NCBI GenBank assembly: GCA_038065075.1
Contig: JBBTRQ010000001.1
Location: 2,823-66,822, forward strand
Direction: 5' to 3'
DNA from: Patescibacteria group bacterium
GTDB lineage: Bacteria; Patescibacteriota; Patescibacteriia; UBA9934; GWF2-40-263
DNA length: 64,000 bases
The notes below the pieces were generated by a model that searched no databases, had not been told where the DNA came from, and saw nothing but the letters and a program-made list of their open reading frames with translations. Positions 45,895-54,589 of the stretch are shown one piece after another. The position numbers and the translations under genes were made by a program. Each line of letters opens with the position of its first letter. The stretch's first letter is position 1.

Positions 45895-47235
45895 TTACGG
45901 AGTAATCCGATTAATCATCCTCGGGAACGGAATCGTCTCGCGCACGTGGTGCAATCCGCAGGTCCAGGCGACGATGCGCTCGAGTCCATAGCCGAAGCCG
46001 GAATGTGGAACCGAGCCGTAGCGGCGCAGGTCGAGGTACCAGTCAAAAGGTTTTGGATCGAGATTGTGTTCCGCAATGCGCTTCATAAGGGTCTCGTAGT
46101 CGTCCTCGCGCTGTGAGCCGCCGATGATCTCACCGTAGCCCTCTGGCGCGAGCAAATCGTTATTGAGTACGCGTGTGGGATCAGCTGGATCGCGCTTCAT
46201 GTAGAACGCCTTCACGGCCGCCGGATATTTCTCGACGAAGATCGGTGTCTCGTACTGCTGCGTGAGCCAGGTCTCGTCGTCGGCGCCCAAGTCGTCCATG
46301 TCCCCAATGTCACTTCCGTTGGCACGCAATTTCGCAATCGCCTCGGCGTGCGTGAGATGGACAAATGGCGCTTGGACTTTTTTGAGCGGCTCAACGTCGC
46401 GCTCCAGAACCTTCAGTTCGTACGCACAGTGCTCGAGAACGTCCGCGACGATGCGGCAGATGAGCGCCTCTTGAATCGCCATATTTCCTTCGTGCTCCAC
46501 AAACGCCGCTTCCGCGTCCATCATCCAGAACTCCGTGAGGTGACGACGTGTCTTAGATTTCTCCGCTCGGAACACCGGTCCAAAATCAAACGCTCGACCC
46601 AGACTCATGATCCCCGCCTCCAGATACAGCTGCCCTGACTGCGCGAGGTACGCCTTTCGGCCCCCCTCCTTTTCAAGGAGGGGCTGGGGGTGGTTATCAT
46701 CATCGACGAAGTAATCCATCTCAAACAGCTCGGTCGTGCCCTCACATGAGGTCGGTGTCAAAATCGGTGTGTCGAATTTTACAAATCCGTTTTCGTGGAA
46801 CCACTCGTAGGTGCTGGTGATAATTCGATCGCGGACACGCATCACCGCCCACTGGCTCTCGGCGCGCAACCAGAGGTGACGATTGTCGAGTAAGAAATCT
46901 GGGCCGTGCTCTTTCTTGCCCAATGGGTAATCTTCTTTTGGAATCTGGATCGGCTGAAAAAACGTGCCGGTCAGTTCAAACCCAGACGGTGAACGAGGCT
47001 CGGCTTTCACCACACCGCGCACCGTGACGGACGATTCAAGTTTCAATAAGTCCAATTGGTCCCATTGGTCCGATGGAATCTCGCTCTTGGAGAAAACCAC
47101 CTGCACGCGTCCACTCCCGTCGCGGAACTGTAAAAAGAAAATTTTTCCGCTGGAGCGGAAGTTGTAGCACCAGCCTTTAAGCTCGATCTCTTGACCGACG
47201 TGCTGACTGATTTCAGAAATCATTTTGTTGTGCAT
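45895..47235 (-). CDS. asnS: Asparagine--tRNA ligase
   Basis: RSSGKIFF, YLAQSGQLYLE, FRAEKSKTRRHLTEFWM, EIIGGSQRE, PHSGFGYGLER. Confidence 0.96.
   Translation of the reverse strand: MHNKMISEISQHVGQEIELKGWCYNFRSSGKIFFLQFRDGSGRVQVVFSKSEIPSDQWDQLDLLKLESSVTVRGVVKAEPRSPSGFELTGTFFQPIQIPKEDYPLGKKEHGPDFLLDNRHLWLRAESQWAVMRVRDRIITSTYEWFHENGFVKFDTPILTPTSCEGTTELFEMDYFVDDDNHPQPLLEKEGGRKAYLAQSGQLYLEAGIMSLGRAFDFGPVFRAEKSKTRRHLTEFWMMDAEAAFVEHEGNMAIQEALICRIVADVLEHCAYELKVLERDVEPLKKVQAPFVHLTHAEAIAKLRANGSDIGDMDDLGADDETWLTQQYETPIFVEKYPAAVKAFYMKRDPADPTRVLNNDLLAPEGYGEIIGGSQREDDYETLMKRIAEHNLDPKPFDWYLDLRRYGSVPHSGFGYGLERIVAWTCGLHHVRETIPFPRMINRITP
46660..46695. repeat. C/G-tract palindromic mini-element inserted in frame in asnS
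   Basis: CCCCTCCTT-TTC-AAGGAGGGG-CTGGGGGTGGTT, read on the minus strand as NHPQPLLEKEGG. Confidence 0.7.
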
Positions 47236-47264
47236 AGATTGCTTCGCTGTCGCTCGCAATGACG
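47236..47264. repeat. Putative REP-like element (CGTCATTGCGAG...GAAGCAATCT type)
   Basis: AGATTGCTTCGCTGTCGCTCGCAATGACG immediately upstream of asnS; single copy in this window. Confidence 0.45.
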
Positions 47265-47278
47265 AGGACTAAAGAAGT

Positions 47279-48055
47279 CTAGCACACGCTACAGGCCGCC
47301 CTCAATGAGCTTGCGGGGATGACCGGAAAATGCGAAATCATGAGGGATTCGACAGCCTCGTGGTAGCCGGCAAGATCCTCGGCCCTGAGATGAGGGCGCA
47401 GATGTGACGCAAACCCTTCTTCGAGTCCAAAACGAACGAGTTTGAGGGCCTCGTCGGTCATAGGGCGAGCCGCGAACCACGTCTCTTGATCGACTCGCGT
47501 ACAGTTCGTGCAGACCACTCCCCCCTTGAGCCCATGCCACTGGTAGGAGCCGGGCGCGATCGTCTGTCGACAACCAAGACAGCGGTTCAGTTGCGGTCGG
47601 TACCCCACGAGCGACAACAGCTTGAGCGAAAACGCGCCGAGCAAAAATCCGGCACGCTCTCGCGAGATGCTTGTGTCTGAATCGAGAAATCCGAGCCAGT
47701 GTTCGATGAGCTCGTAAATGTGCGGATCGGTTTCGTCCGCGCGGGTGCCGATGTCGACTAGGTGCAGAGCGTTTTGTGCCAGGACGAGTCGCGAGAGATC
47801 GTCGTACACTCGACGGAAGCCTCGTCGCCGCTCCACCCCTGCCACGGTCTGGTACGCCCGCCCATGCACCAACAGGAGATCCACTACCGCCACCATCTCC
47901 AGATGCGGCGTGAGTTTTGCCAGCGGCTTATGCCCGCCGCGCGCAAGAAACTCCACCTTGCCATGCTCAGCGGTATAAACCGAATACCACCGGTCGACCT
48001 CTCTATGGTCACGTCGTGAGAGCACGATGCCGGTGGTATGGTAGAGCGAAGCCAT
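47279..48055 (-). CDS. recO: DNA repair protein RecO
   Basis: GIVLSRRDHREVDR...HGKV OB fold; CxxC...CxxC zinc finger. Confidence 0.9.
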   Translation of the reverse strand: MASLYHTTGIVLSRRDHREVDRWYSVYTAEHGKVEFLARGGHKPLAKLTPHLEMVAVVDLLLVHGRAYQTVAGVERRRGFRRVYDDLSRLVLAQNALHLVDIGTRADETDPHIYELIEHWLGFLDSDTSISRERAGFLLGAFSLKLLSLVGYRPQLNRCLGCRQTIAPGSYQWHGLKGGVVCTNCTRVDQETWFAARPMTDEALKLVRFGLEEGFASHLRPHLRAEDLAGYHEAVESLMISHFPVIPASSLRAACSVC

Positions 48056-49011
48056 TAGTAAGGATACTGATCCTTCAACCGATCAGGGTCGATGGTGCGG
48101 TCAAAGCACACGCGCCCCATGCCGTGTGACCAGACGTCAAAGTTTTCACCCATGTATCCAAAGTCGTACATCATCGGGGTCGCGTAGATATTCTTGTCAG
48201 AGCCATCGGACTCCGTCATGAAGGTCGCACACAACTGGAAGGTTAACTCGCCTGTCACGGTGTACTCATAGGCCTCTGAGGACTCAGGGTCAGCCGGGTT
48301 GCGATAGCCGATGATGTCGTCTTCCATGGCCGCGAGATTCTCAGGCAGAGCCTCTTTATCGCGCCAATAGTCGATGAGGCTGGATTGAATGGTCTGCAGA
48401 TCGGAAACACGAGTCTGATCCAGACGTGCATCCCGTTGCTTTGCTGGACTGCCGACGACAAAGAGGCTGGCGGCAATCGCCACGACAATCACGATGGAAC
48501 TTGCAATGGCCGCCCACATGGTGACTTTCGTCATCTTGGCTGGTTCACGCTTGAGCTCCCAAAGGTAATACCAGAACACCGCGATGGAAACGAGGAGGAC
48601 GGCCAGAACCTTGAGACCAAAGCGAATGCTGATCTCCCCATCAAGATAAGTGTTGATGAGTGTGATGAGGTCGATGATGATCGCGAGCGCGGCCACGAAG
48701 ATCATAAGATGTAAGAGCCACTTGCGGATCCAGATATTTTGCTTGCCCTCATCTGCCCGCAGATCCTTGCCAATAAAAATCGACATGAGAATCATCACCG
48801 GCCAAGAAACGACAAGCGCAGAAATCGCGCCGCGAATCGCTTGGAGCGATCCCTCACGCCACCAGTAGTCCAGCTGATCTGGAAACTGGATGTTGATGTA
48901 CTGGAACAGAAGGGTCAAAAAACTCACCACGCCCACAATGAACATGGCGATGAGCAGAAGGTACGAAAAAACATCTCGGGCGGAGCTTTTTACAGAATGT
49001 TGTGTGGACAT
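48055..49011 (-). CDS. DUF5671-like membrane protein with pilin-like C-terminal domain
   Basis: 5 TM helices; GSPAKQRDARLDQTRVSDLQTIQ...PADP...YEY...FQLCATF. Confidence 0.75.
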   Translation of the reverse strand: MSTQHSVKSSARDVFSYLLLIAMFIVGVVSFLTLLFQYINIQFPDQLDYWWREGSLQAIRGAISALVVSWPVMILMSIFIGKDLRADEGKQNIWIRKWLLHLMIFVAALAIIIDLITLINTYLDGEISIRFGLKVLAVLLVSIAVFWYYLWELKREPAKMTKVTMWAAIASSIVIVVAIAASLFVVGSPAKQRDARLDQTRVSDLQTIQSSLIDYWRDKEALPENLAAMEDDIIGYRNPADPESSEAYEYTVTGELTFQLCATFMTESDGSDKNIYATPMMYDFGYMGENFDVWSHGMGRVCFDRTIDPDRLKDQYPY

Positions 49012-49043
49012 ATATATATCTATCAGTATAGCAAAAAACGTCG

Positions 49044-49685
49044 TTACACGTGAGAGAGAATCTCCTCAACCAGACTCTCGTCGAGATCGGTCATATGAGT
49101 GCCATGACCCAGACCGTGACGTTCGATGAGGACGGTCGATGGGTTGAGACGATGAAGTTCGTGCACGCTATCCCACGACGGGCGATCATCGTCGTCACTG
49201 GCAACGAGCACGACTTTCTGGTTCGGTTTGATCGACGTGACCACGTCGTCGGTTTTCACACCGCGATAATCAAGACCTGGCGAGAGGGCAATGGCGAGTG
49301 GAAGACTCGAGTGTTCAGCAAGCGCGCGGATCGCCAGGTTGGCGCCGATCGACGCGCCGATAAGAATCGTGTGCGCGTCGTCGAAGCCGTGTTCTCGAGT
49401 CCATGCGAGCGCCGCCTCAAGGTCAAGTCGCTTCTGTTGCTGCTGCTCTGGCGTAAACGTCTTATAGCCGAGCGTACCACCCATCGTGCTCTCCCCGTGG
49501 CCTCTCATGTCTATCGCCAACGACGCATAACCATGCTCGAGAAGTTTTTTCGCGATCGAATCCCAGCTCTCCTTCGTCGAGGGCATCATGTGCAACAAGA
49601 TGGCGATCTTCTCCTGACCGTCGTGACGATAGATTCCAGCAAGCTCGATGTGGTCTTGGGTCGTGAGTGTGACAGACGAAGTCAT
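49044..49685 (-). CDS. Alpha/beta hydrolase
   Basis: DMRGHGES, GASIG nucleophile elbow, C-terminal His. Confidence 0.9.
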   Translation of the reverse strand: MTSSVTLTTQDHIELAGIYRHDGQEKIAILLHMMPSTKESWDSIAKKLLEHGYASLAIDMRGHGESTMGGTLGYKTFTPEQQQQKRLDLEAALAWTREHGFDDAHTILIGASIGANLAIRALAEHSSLPLAIALSPGLDYRGVKTDDVVTSIKPNQKVVLVASDDDDRPSWDSVHELHRLNPSTVLIERHGLGHGTHMTDLDESLVEEILSHV

Positions 49686-49701
49686 ACAGAAGTTTCAGCA
49701 A

Positions 49702-49980
49702 CTAACGTTTTCGTGGCCCACGCAAGTCACCGAAACGACCTTGTTGGACTCGAATCTCACGGTTAAGAGCGCGCATTTGCTCCCGTAGTTCAAACAGGCG
49801 CGCCTGTAGGATTTCAAGCTCTTCGGGATCCTGTTCGTTTTTGATCTGTATCCCGAGCGAGTCAATTTCTTCGCTCATCGCCTTGAATTGCTCCTCCATC
49901 TTGAGAACTTCGGTTTCTCCAAACATAGCGGAAATCTCTTCCCCGCTCATTGGTGGCTTGTTTTTGTGTTCGTATTCCAT
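49702..49980 (-). CDS. Hypothetical coiled-coil protein
   Basis: 92-aa Glu-rich ORF. Confidence 0.55.
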   Translation of the reverse strand: MEYEHKNKPPMSGEEISAMFGETEVLKMEEQFKAMSEEIDSLGIQIKNEQDPEELEILQARLFELREQMRALNREIRVQQGRFGDLRGPRKR

Positions 49981-50075
49981 ACGCAGCTATTCTACCAAAT
50001 CCCACGCTTGACGCCCCCCTGTTCTACGATAGCCTCTACGCGGCCACTCCCTTATTTTCTTCCCTCGGAGGTTCC

Positions 50076-50801
50076 GTGTCACTCCACATCAATGCTGACC
50101 CTGGTCAGATCGCTGGCACTGTCCTGTTCCCCGGCGACCCCCTGCGCGCCAAGCGCATCGCCGACGAGGTCCTGCGCGACGTCGTGCAGTACAACACCGT
50201 GCGCGGCATACTCGGATTCACGGGCGTGACCACCATCCCGAACTTCGGCGAAGTCCGCGTGTCGGTACAGGGATCGGGCATGGGAATGCCGTCCTTGTCG
50301 ATCTACGCCAACGAGCTCTTCAACGAGTTCGACGTGGAGACGATCATCCGCGTGGGCACCTGCGGAGGACTGCGGGACGACATGAAGCCGGGAGACCTGG
50401 TCATCGCCCAGGGCGCTTGCTCGGACTCCAACCTCAACCGCCGGCGGTTCAAGGGTCTCGACTTCGCGCCCCTGGCGGACGCCGACCTGTTCATCGCCGC
50501 GGTTCTCGCGGCCCGCGCGCGCGACTGGAAGATCCGCGCCGGCAACATCCTGAGCACCGACCTCTTCTACGCAGACCACGACCCGAACGAGTGGAAGATG
50601 TGGGCGGCCTCGGGCGTGATCGCGGTCGAAATGGAGACGGCGGAGCTGTACACGCTCGCCGCCCGCAAGGGTCGCCGCGCGCTGTCCGTCCTCACGGTCA
50701 GCGACGTCCTCCCCACCCACGAGGCCATGAACGCGCACGAACGCGAGACGAGCTTCCACCGCACGGTGGAGCTCGCCTTGGCCGCCGCCTTCGCGAAGTG
50801 A
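50076..50801 (+). CDS. deoD: Purine nucleoside phosphorylase (hexameric DeoD type)
   Basis: PGDPLRA, GMGMPS, IRVGTCG, VEME, LTVSD; GGAGG SD before GTG start. Confidence 0.95.
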   Translation: MSLHINADPGQIAGTVLFPGDPLRAKRIADEVLRDVVQYNTVRGILGFTGVTTIPNFGEVRVSVQGSGMGMPSLSIYANELFNEFDVETIIRVGTCGGLRDDMKPGDLVIAQGACSDSNLNRRRFKGLDFAPLADADLFIAAVLAARARDWKIRAGNILSTDLFYADHDPNEWKMWAASGVIAVEMETAELYTLAARKGRRALSVLTVSDVLPTHEAMNAHERETSFHRTVELALAAAFAK

Positions 50802-50898
50802 TCGACGATCTCCACTGCTGCCCCGATCCTTCACGGACGGGGCGTTTAATTTTGGATAAAATCCAACAAGAATCCCTTCTGTGGTAACATACGCGTAT

Positions 50899-51783
50899 AT
50901 GTTTACATCATTTGTTCGTCCGCTTGAGATCGGACTTTTTGCTCTCGTGTTTCTGGGAGTCGGTTGCTCAAGTACCCCGGTCCCTCTGCCGGGAACATGG
51001 AATTTCAATATGGAGGCATCTGCCACCAATCTCTCCGGGAGCGAGTGTGCCACGTCTGGTGGCTTTTCTTCCGGAGGTGAGGCTTCGGTGAACGTGAACG
51101 CACTTGGCGATATCGTAACTATGAATCTCAGCGGACAGACGATTGTCTTTTACGACCACCTTGCTCCTGGAGCTCAGTACAAAACCTATACGCGCACATT
51201 CCCGGTCTTAAACCCGGACGGAACGTCCGGAACAGGAAACGTCTGGTTTGATTTTACGGCCAACGATGAGGAAACACTCTCGGGAACATTGCATTGGAAC
51301 AACTTACGAGGATGTCGCGGAGATTATCCGTTTACCATGACTCTCTTGGAGCTTGAGCTCCCGGATCCTGGCCTGTACGTTCTCTCCGAGGGAACATGGG
51401 ACGTGAACATTGACAGTGTGGCCGACGACTGCGGCGCGGGAGCCGCGGGTATGACCGGCATCCCTGATCAGATCGATCTGAGTAATCCCGTTGATTTGGA
51501 TACCGGCGAGTCCATCACCGATGAACTCCTGCTCGATCCTTGGGGAGTCATCCTTGGTCGAGTGGCGAATACGAATGTCTTCACTCTAGGATCAGGGCCA
51601 AGTTTTGATCCTGGCTTACCACAGGATGCCGATGGGGATGTGAACCTCGACTTTGAAGATGTGACGTTCGATGCCACCATGGAAATGTGGGCCGATGGCC
51701 CTGACTCCGCCCTGGGAACCATCTATGCCTCCGGCGGGGGGTGCAACATCACGATGATGGTCAACATGAGCTTCAGCCCCTAA
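50899..51783 (+). CDS. Putative lipoprotein
   Basis: LGVGC lipobox; two similar beta-rich GTW repeats. Confidence 0.7.
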   Translation: MFTSFVRPLEIGLFALVFLGVGCSSTPVPLPGTWNFNMEASATNLSGSECATSGGFSSGGEASVNVNALGDIVTMNLSGQTIVFYDHLAPGAQYKTYTRTFPVLNPDGTSGTGNVWFDFTANDEETLSGTLHWNNLRGCRGDYPFTMTLLELELPDPGLYVLSEGTWDVNIDSVADDCGAGAAGMTGIPDQIDLSNPVDLDTGESITDELLLDPWGVILGRVANTNVFTLGSGPSFDPGLPQDADGDVNLDFEDVTFDATMEMWADGPDSALGTIYASGGGCNITMMVNMSFSP

Positions 51784-51804
51784 AATCCCCCATGAGGGGG
51801 ACTT
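51782..51804. terminator. AAAATCCCCC/GAGGGGGA hairpin
   Basis: Lies between convergent genes; family also at 55683, 60841, 63047 and 63546. Confidence 0.6.
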
Positions 51805-51806
51805 GG

Positions 51807-53264
51807 CTACTTGAGAAGCGTGGAGAGATCCAGGGTTTGATCGAAACGAATTTGTCGGACAAATTCCTCGGCGTGACTCACCACCAGCATACATCCTTGG
51901 TAGTCATTGAGTGCCTTGGCGATCACGGGAAGATGCCGAAAGTTAATGTGATTGGTCGGCTCGTCAAAGATAAGCAGTCCGGGTGCTTGAAGCACGAAGC
52001 GCGCAAAACACAGCAAGCCCTTTTGCCCCTCTGAAAGCGCCCCCACGGGAGTCGCCAGCGCGTCCCCGTCCAGCAAGAACTGCGCGCCTGTTCGACGAAT
52101 GGTTTCGTTATCCGGTTGCTCCATGACTTCAGAGAGTGAAGCGTAAGCGGTCTGGGAAAAATTCAATCCAGAAAAATCTTGTCGATAATACCCCACCTTC
52201 ACCCCCGGCGCAATCATCGCTCCCGGTGAATCTCCCTGTGCCAACGATCGCAACAGCGTGCTCTTTCCAATGCCGTTGGGACCCGCAACCAATAGATGCG
52301 TTCCACGACGCAACGACAGATCCACCTCCACATCATGCGCCTCATGGTCGCGGATTACTTTAATGGAACTCAGTCGCACGACCTCTTCGGTAAACGGTTG
52401 CGCGGGAATAGTGAAGTCCTTGATCGTTCGATCATCACGTCGCACATCCACCATGTTCTCTTCTGCTTCCGCGACCTCTTCGCGGAGCTTGCTGGCGAGC
52501 TTGCGCATCTTGCCTCCTTTGTGCGCAAAAAAGTTTACCTTGTCTTTGCGATCTTGAATGGTCTTCAAGAGCTGGGCGTTCTTTGCGCGATCGCGCTCCA
52601 CGCGCGCGGCGATCTCCTCCACCACGTCCGTATAATTTCCGTCGTACTTCTCGACCTTCCCTGTGTAGACATCCAAGTGCAGGACGCCCTCCGTGAAACT
52701 GTTCAAGAAATCGGCATCGTGTGAAATGACCAAGACCGTTTTGGGATACATGATGAGGAACATCGTGAGGTGATCGATCCCCTCGCGGTCAAGATTGTTG
52801 GTCGGCTCGTCGAGCAACAGAATGTCGGGCTCTTGAATGAGCGCGTAGGCCAGGAGAAGTCGCGCCTGCTGACCGCCCGAAAACGATCCCACCAGCTTCT
52901 CCAAGGGCGCGGTCAGATTCACCACCTCCAAAATGTCGGCAATCCGCTTATCAAGATTGTAGGGGACGTCGAGAAACGCTTGTGCAAAGTACTCGCGCAC
53001 GTTCAGAGTCAAACACTCACGCGCCATCACCTGCTTTGCCGTGGCAATGGTCGCGCCCGAAGAAAGATGCACCTGACCATAATCGGGTTTCACCTCGCCC
53101 GTGATGAGTTTAAAGATCGTGCTCTTGCCCGCGCCATTTTGACCCATGAGGGTCAGCTTCGCGTCTTCGCGAACAGAAAAACTCGCCTCATCCAAAATGG
53201 GGCTCTCTGAAATGTATCCGAAGGACACGGTTTCAAAGCGCAAGACGATATTTCCTGATGCCAT
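51807..53264 (-). CDS. ABC-F family ATPase
   Basis: Two NBDs (GQNGAGKS, SGGQ, DEPTNNLD; GPNGIGKS, SEGQ, DEPTNH), no TM domain. Confidence 0.93.
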   Translation of the reverse strand: MASGNIVLRFETVSFGYISESPILDEASFSVREDAKLTLMGQNGAGKSTIFKLITGEVKPDYGQVHLSSGATIATAKQVMARECLTLNVREYFAQAFLDVPYNLDKRIADILEVVNLTAPLEKLVGSFSGGQQARLLLAYALIQEPDILLLDEPTNNLDREGIDHLTMFLIMYPKTVLVISHDADFLNSFTEGVLHLDVYTGKVEKYDGNYTDVVEEIAARVERDRAKNAQLLKTIQDRKDKVNFFAHKGGKMRKLASKLREEVAEAEENMVDVRRDDRTIKDFTIPAQPFTEEVVRLSSIKVIRDHEAHDVEVDLSLRRGTHLLVAGPNGIGKSTLLRSLAQGDSPGAMIAPGVKVGYYRQDFSGLNFSQTAYASLSEVMEQPDNETIRRTGAQFLLDGDALATPVGALSEGQKGLLCFARFVLQAPGLLIFDEPTNHINFRHLPVIAKALNDYQGCMLVVSHAEEFVRQIRFDQTLDLSTLLK

Positions 53265-53334
53265 AGGCGGACACGATAGCGGATATTTCTCAAAACCTCA
53301 AGAATACGGCATGATAGAGAGAAATACACATCCT

Positions 53335-54492
53335 ATGAGTCAACGCGCCTCCTTCATCGTTTCCCTGCTTGAATCCGCCGACATTCGTGTAAACGGCTCG
53401 CGGCCGTGGGATCTTCTCGTCCATGACGAGCGGGTGTTTGATCGCACGCTTGCAGAGGGGTCGCTGGGGTTTGGGGAGAGCTACATGGACGGCTGGTGGG
53501 ACTGCGAGGCATTGGATGAAATGCTCACGCGGGTATTTCGGTCCGACATCGACCGTCGCGTTCGAAACTGGCGCACGGCTCTGCGCGTTCTGGGCGCCCG
53601 CGCGCGAAACGCTCAGCGCAAGTCCAAAGCGTTTGAGATCGGTGAACGCCATTACGACGTCGGCAACGATCTCTACAAACAGATGCTCGACCCACGCATG
53701 ACCTACACGTGCGGATACTGGAAGAATGCGAGCGACCTCGCGAGCGCGCAGGAAGCAAAGCTCGACCTCGTGTGTCGCAAGATCGGACTGAAGCCGGGGA
53801 TGCGCGTCCTGGACATCGGATGTGGATGGGGATCGTTCGCCATCTATGCCGCGCAGAAGTACGGCGTGGAAGTCGTGGGTGTCACCGTCTCGAAAGAACA
53901 AGTCGCGCTGGCAACCGAGCGCGGCCGAGGACTGCCGATCGAATTTCGATTGCAGGATTACCGCGACGTGACCGGAACGTTCGATCGTATTGTGTCGCTG
54001 GGAATGTTCGAACACGTCGGCTACAAAAACTATCGAACGTACATGGAAGTGGCTCATCGACTGCTCCCTATCGAAGGACTCTTCTTGCTCCACACCATCG
54101 GCGGTAATCGTTCCGTGCACACCACAGACGCCTGGATCGAAAAGTACATCTTCCCAAACTCGATGCTACCGTCGATCGCGCAGATCGGAAGTTCCACCGA
54201 AGGCCTGTTCGTGATGGAAGACTGGCACAACTTCGGCACCGACTACGACAAGACCCTTCAGTGCTGGTACAAAAACTTTGAGGCCGCCTGGCCGGGACTC
54301 GCCGATCACTACGGCGACCCTTCGACGGAGCTCAGGGTCGGCCTGAGCCAGTCGAAGGCCGAACGCTTCCACCGCATGTGGCGTTTCTATCTTCTCTCCA
54401 GCGCCGCCACCTTCCGCGCGCGAAACAATCAGCTGTGGCAAGTGGTGTTAAGTAAGGACGGGCTCAAGAATAGCTATCAGTCGATACGTTGA
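53335..54492 (+). CDS. cfa: Cyclopropane-fatty-acyl-phospholipid synthase
   Basis: HYDVGNDLY, YTCGYW, LDIGCGWG, GMFEHVG, YIFP. Confidence 0.96.
   Translation: MSQRASFIVSLLESADIRVNGSRPWDLLVHDERVFDRTLAEGSLGFGESYMDGWWDCEALDEMLTRVFRSDIDRRVRNWRTALRVLGARARNAQRKSKAFEIGERHYDVGNDLYKQMLDPRMTYTCGYWKNASDLASAQEAKLDLVCRKIGLKPGMRVLDIGCGWGSFAIYAAQKYGVEVVGVTVSKEQVALATERGRGLPIEFRLQDYRDVTGTFDRIVSLGMFEHVGYKNYRTYMEVAHRLLPIEGLFLLHTIGGNRSVHTTDAWIEKYIFPNSMLPSIAQIGSSTEGLFVMEDWHNFGTDYDKTLQCWYKNFEAAWPGLADHYGDPSTELRVGLSQSKAERFHRMWRFYLLSSAATFRARNNQLWQVVLSKDGLKNSYQSIR
54316..54360. repeat. 45-bp CTTCGAC..GCTCAG palindromic doublet inserted in frame in cfa
   Basis: GACCCTTCGACGGAGCTCAGGGTC-GGCCTGAGCCAGTCGAAGGCC encodes DPSTELRVGLSQSKA between HYG and ERF. 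Confidence 0.8.
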
Positions 54493-54589
54493 CGGCCGTG
54501 AGGGATCCCTTGCGCGGCCGTATTGACATCACTGAGAGATTCGTGAATGATCGCTTGGGACAACACTGGCAAACGTCAGGGAGGTGATG

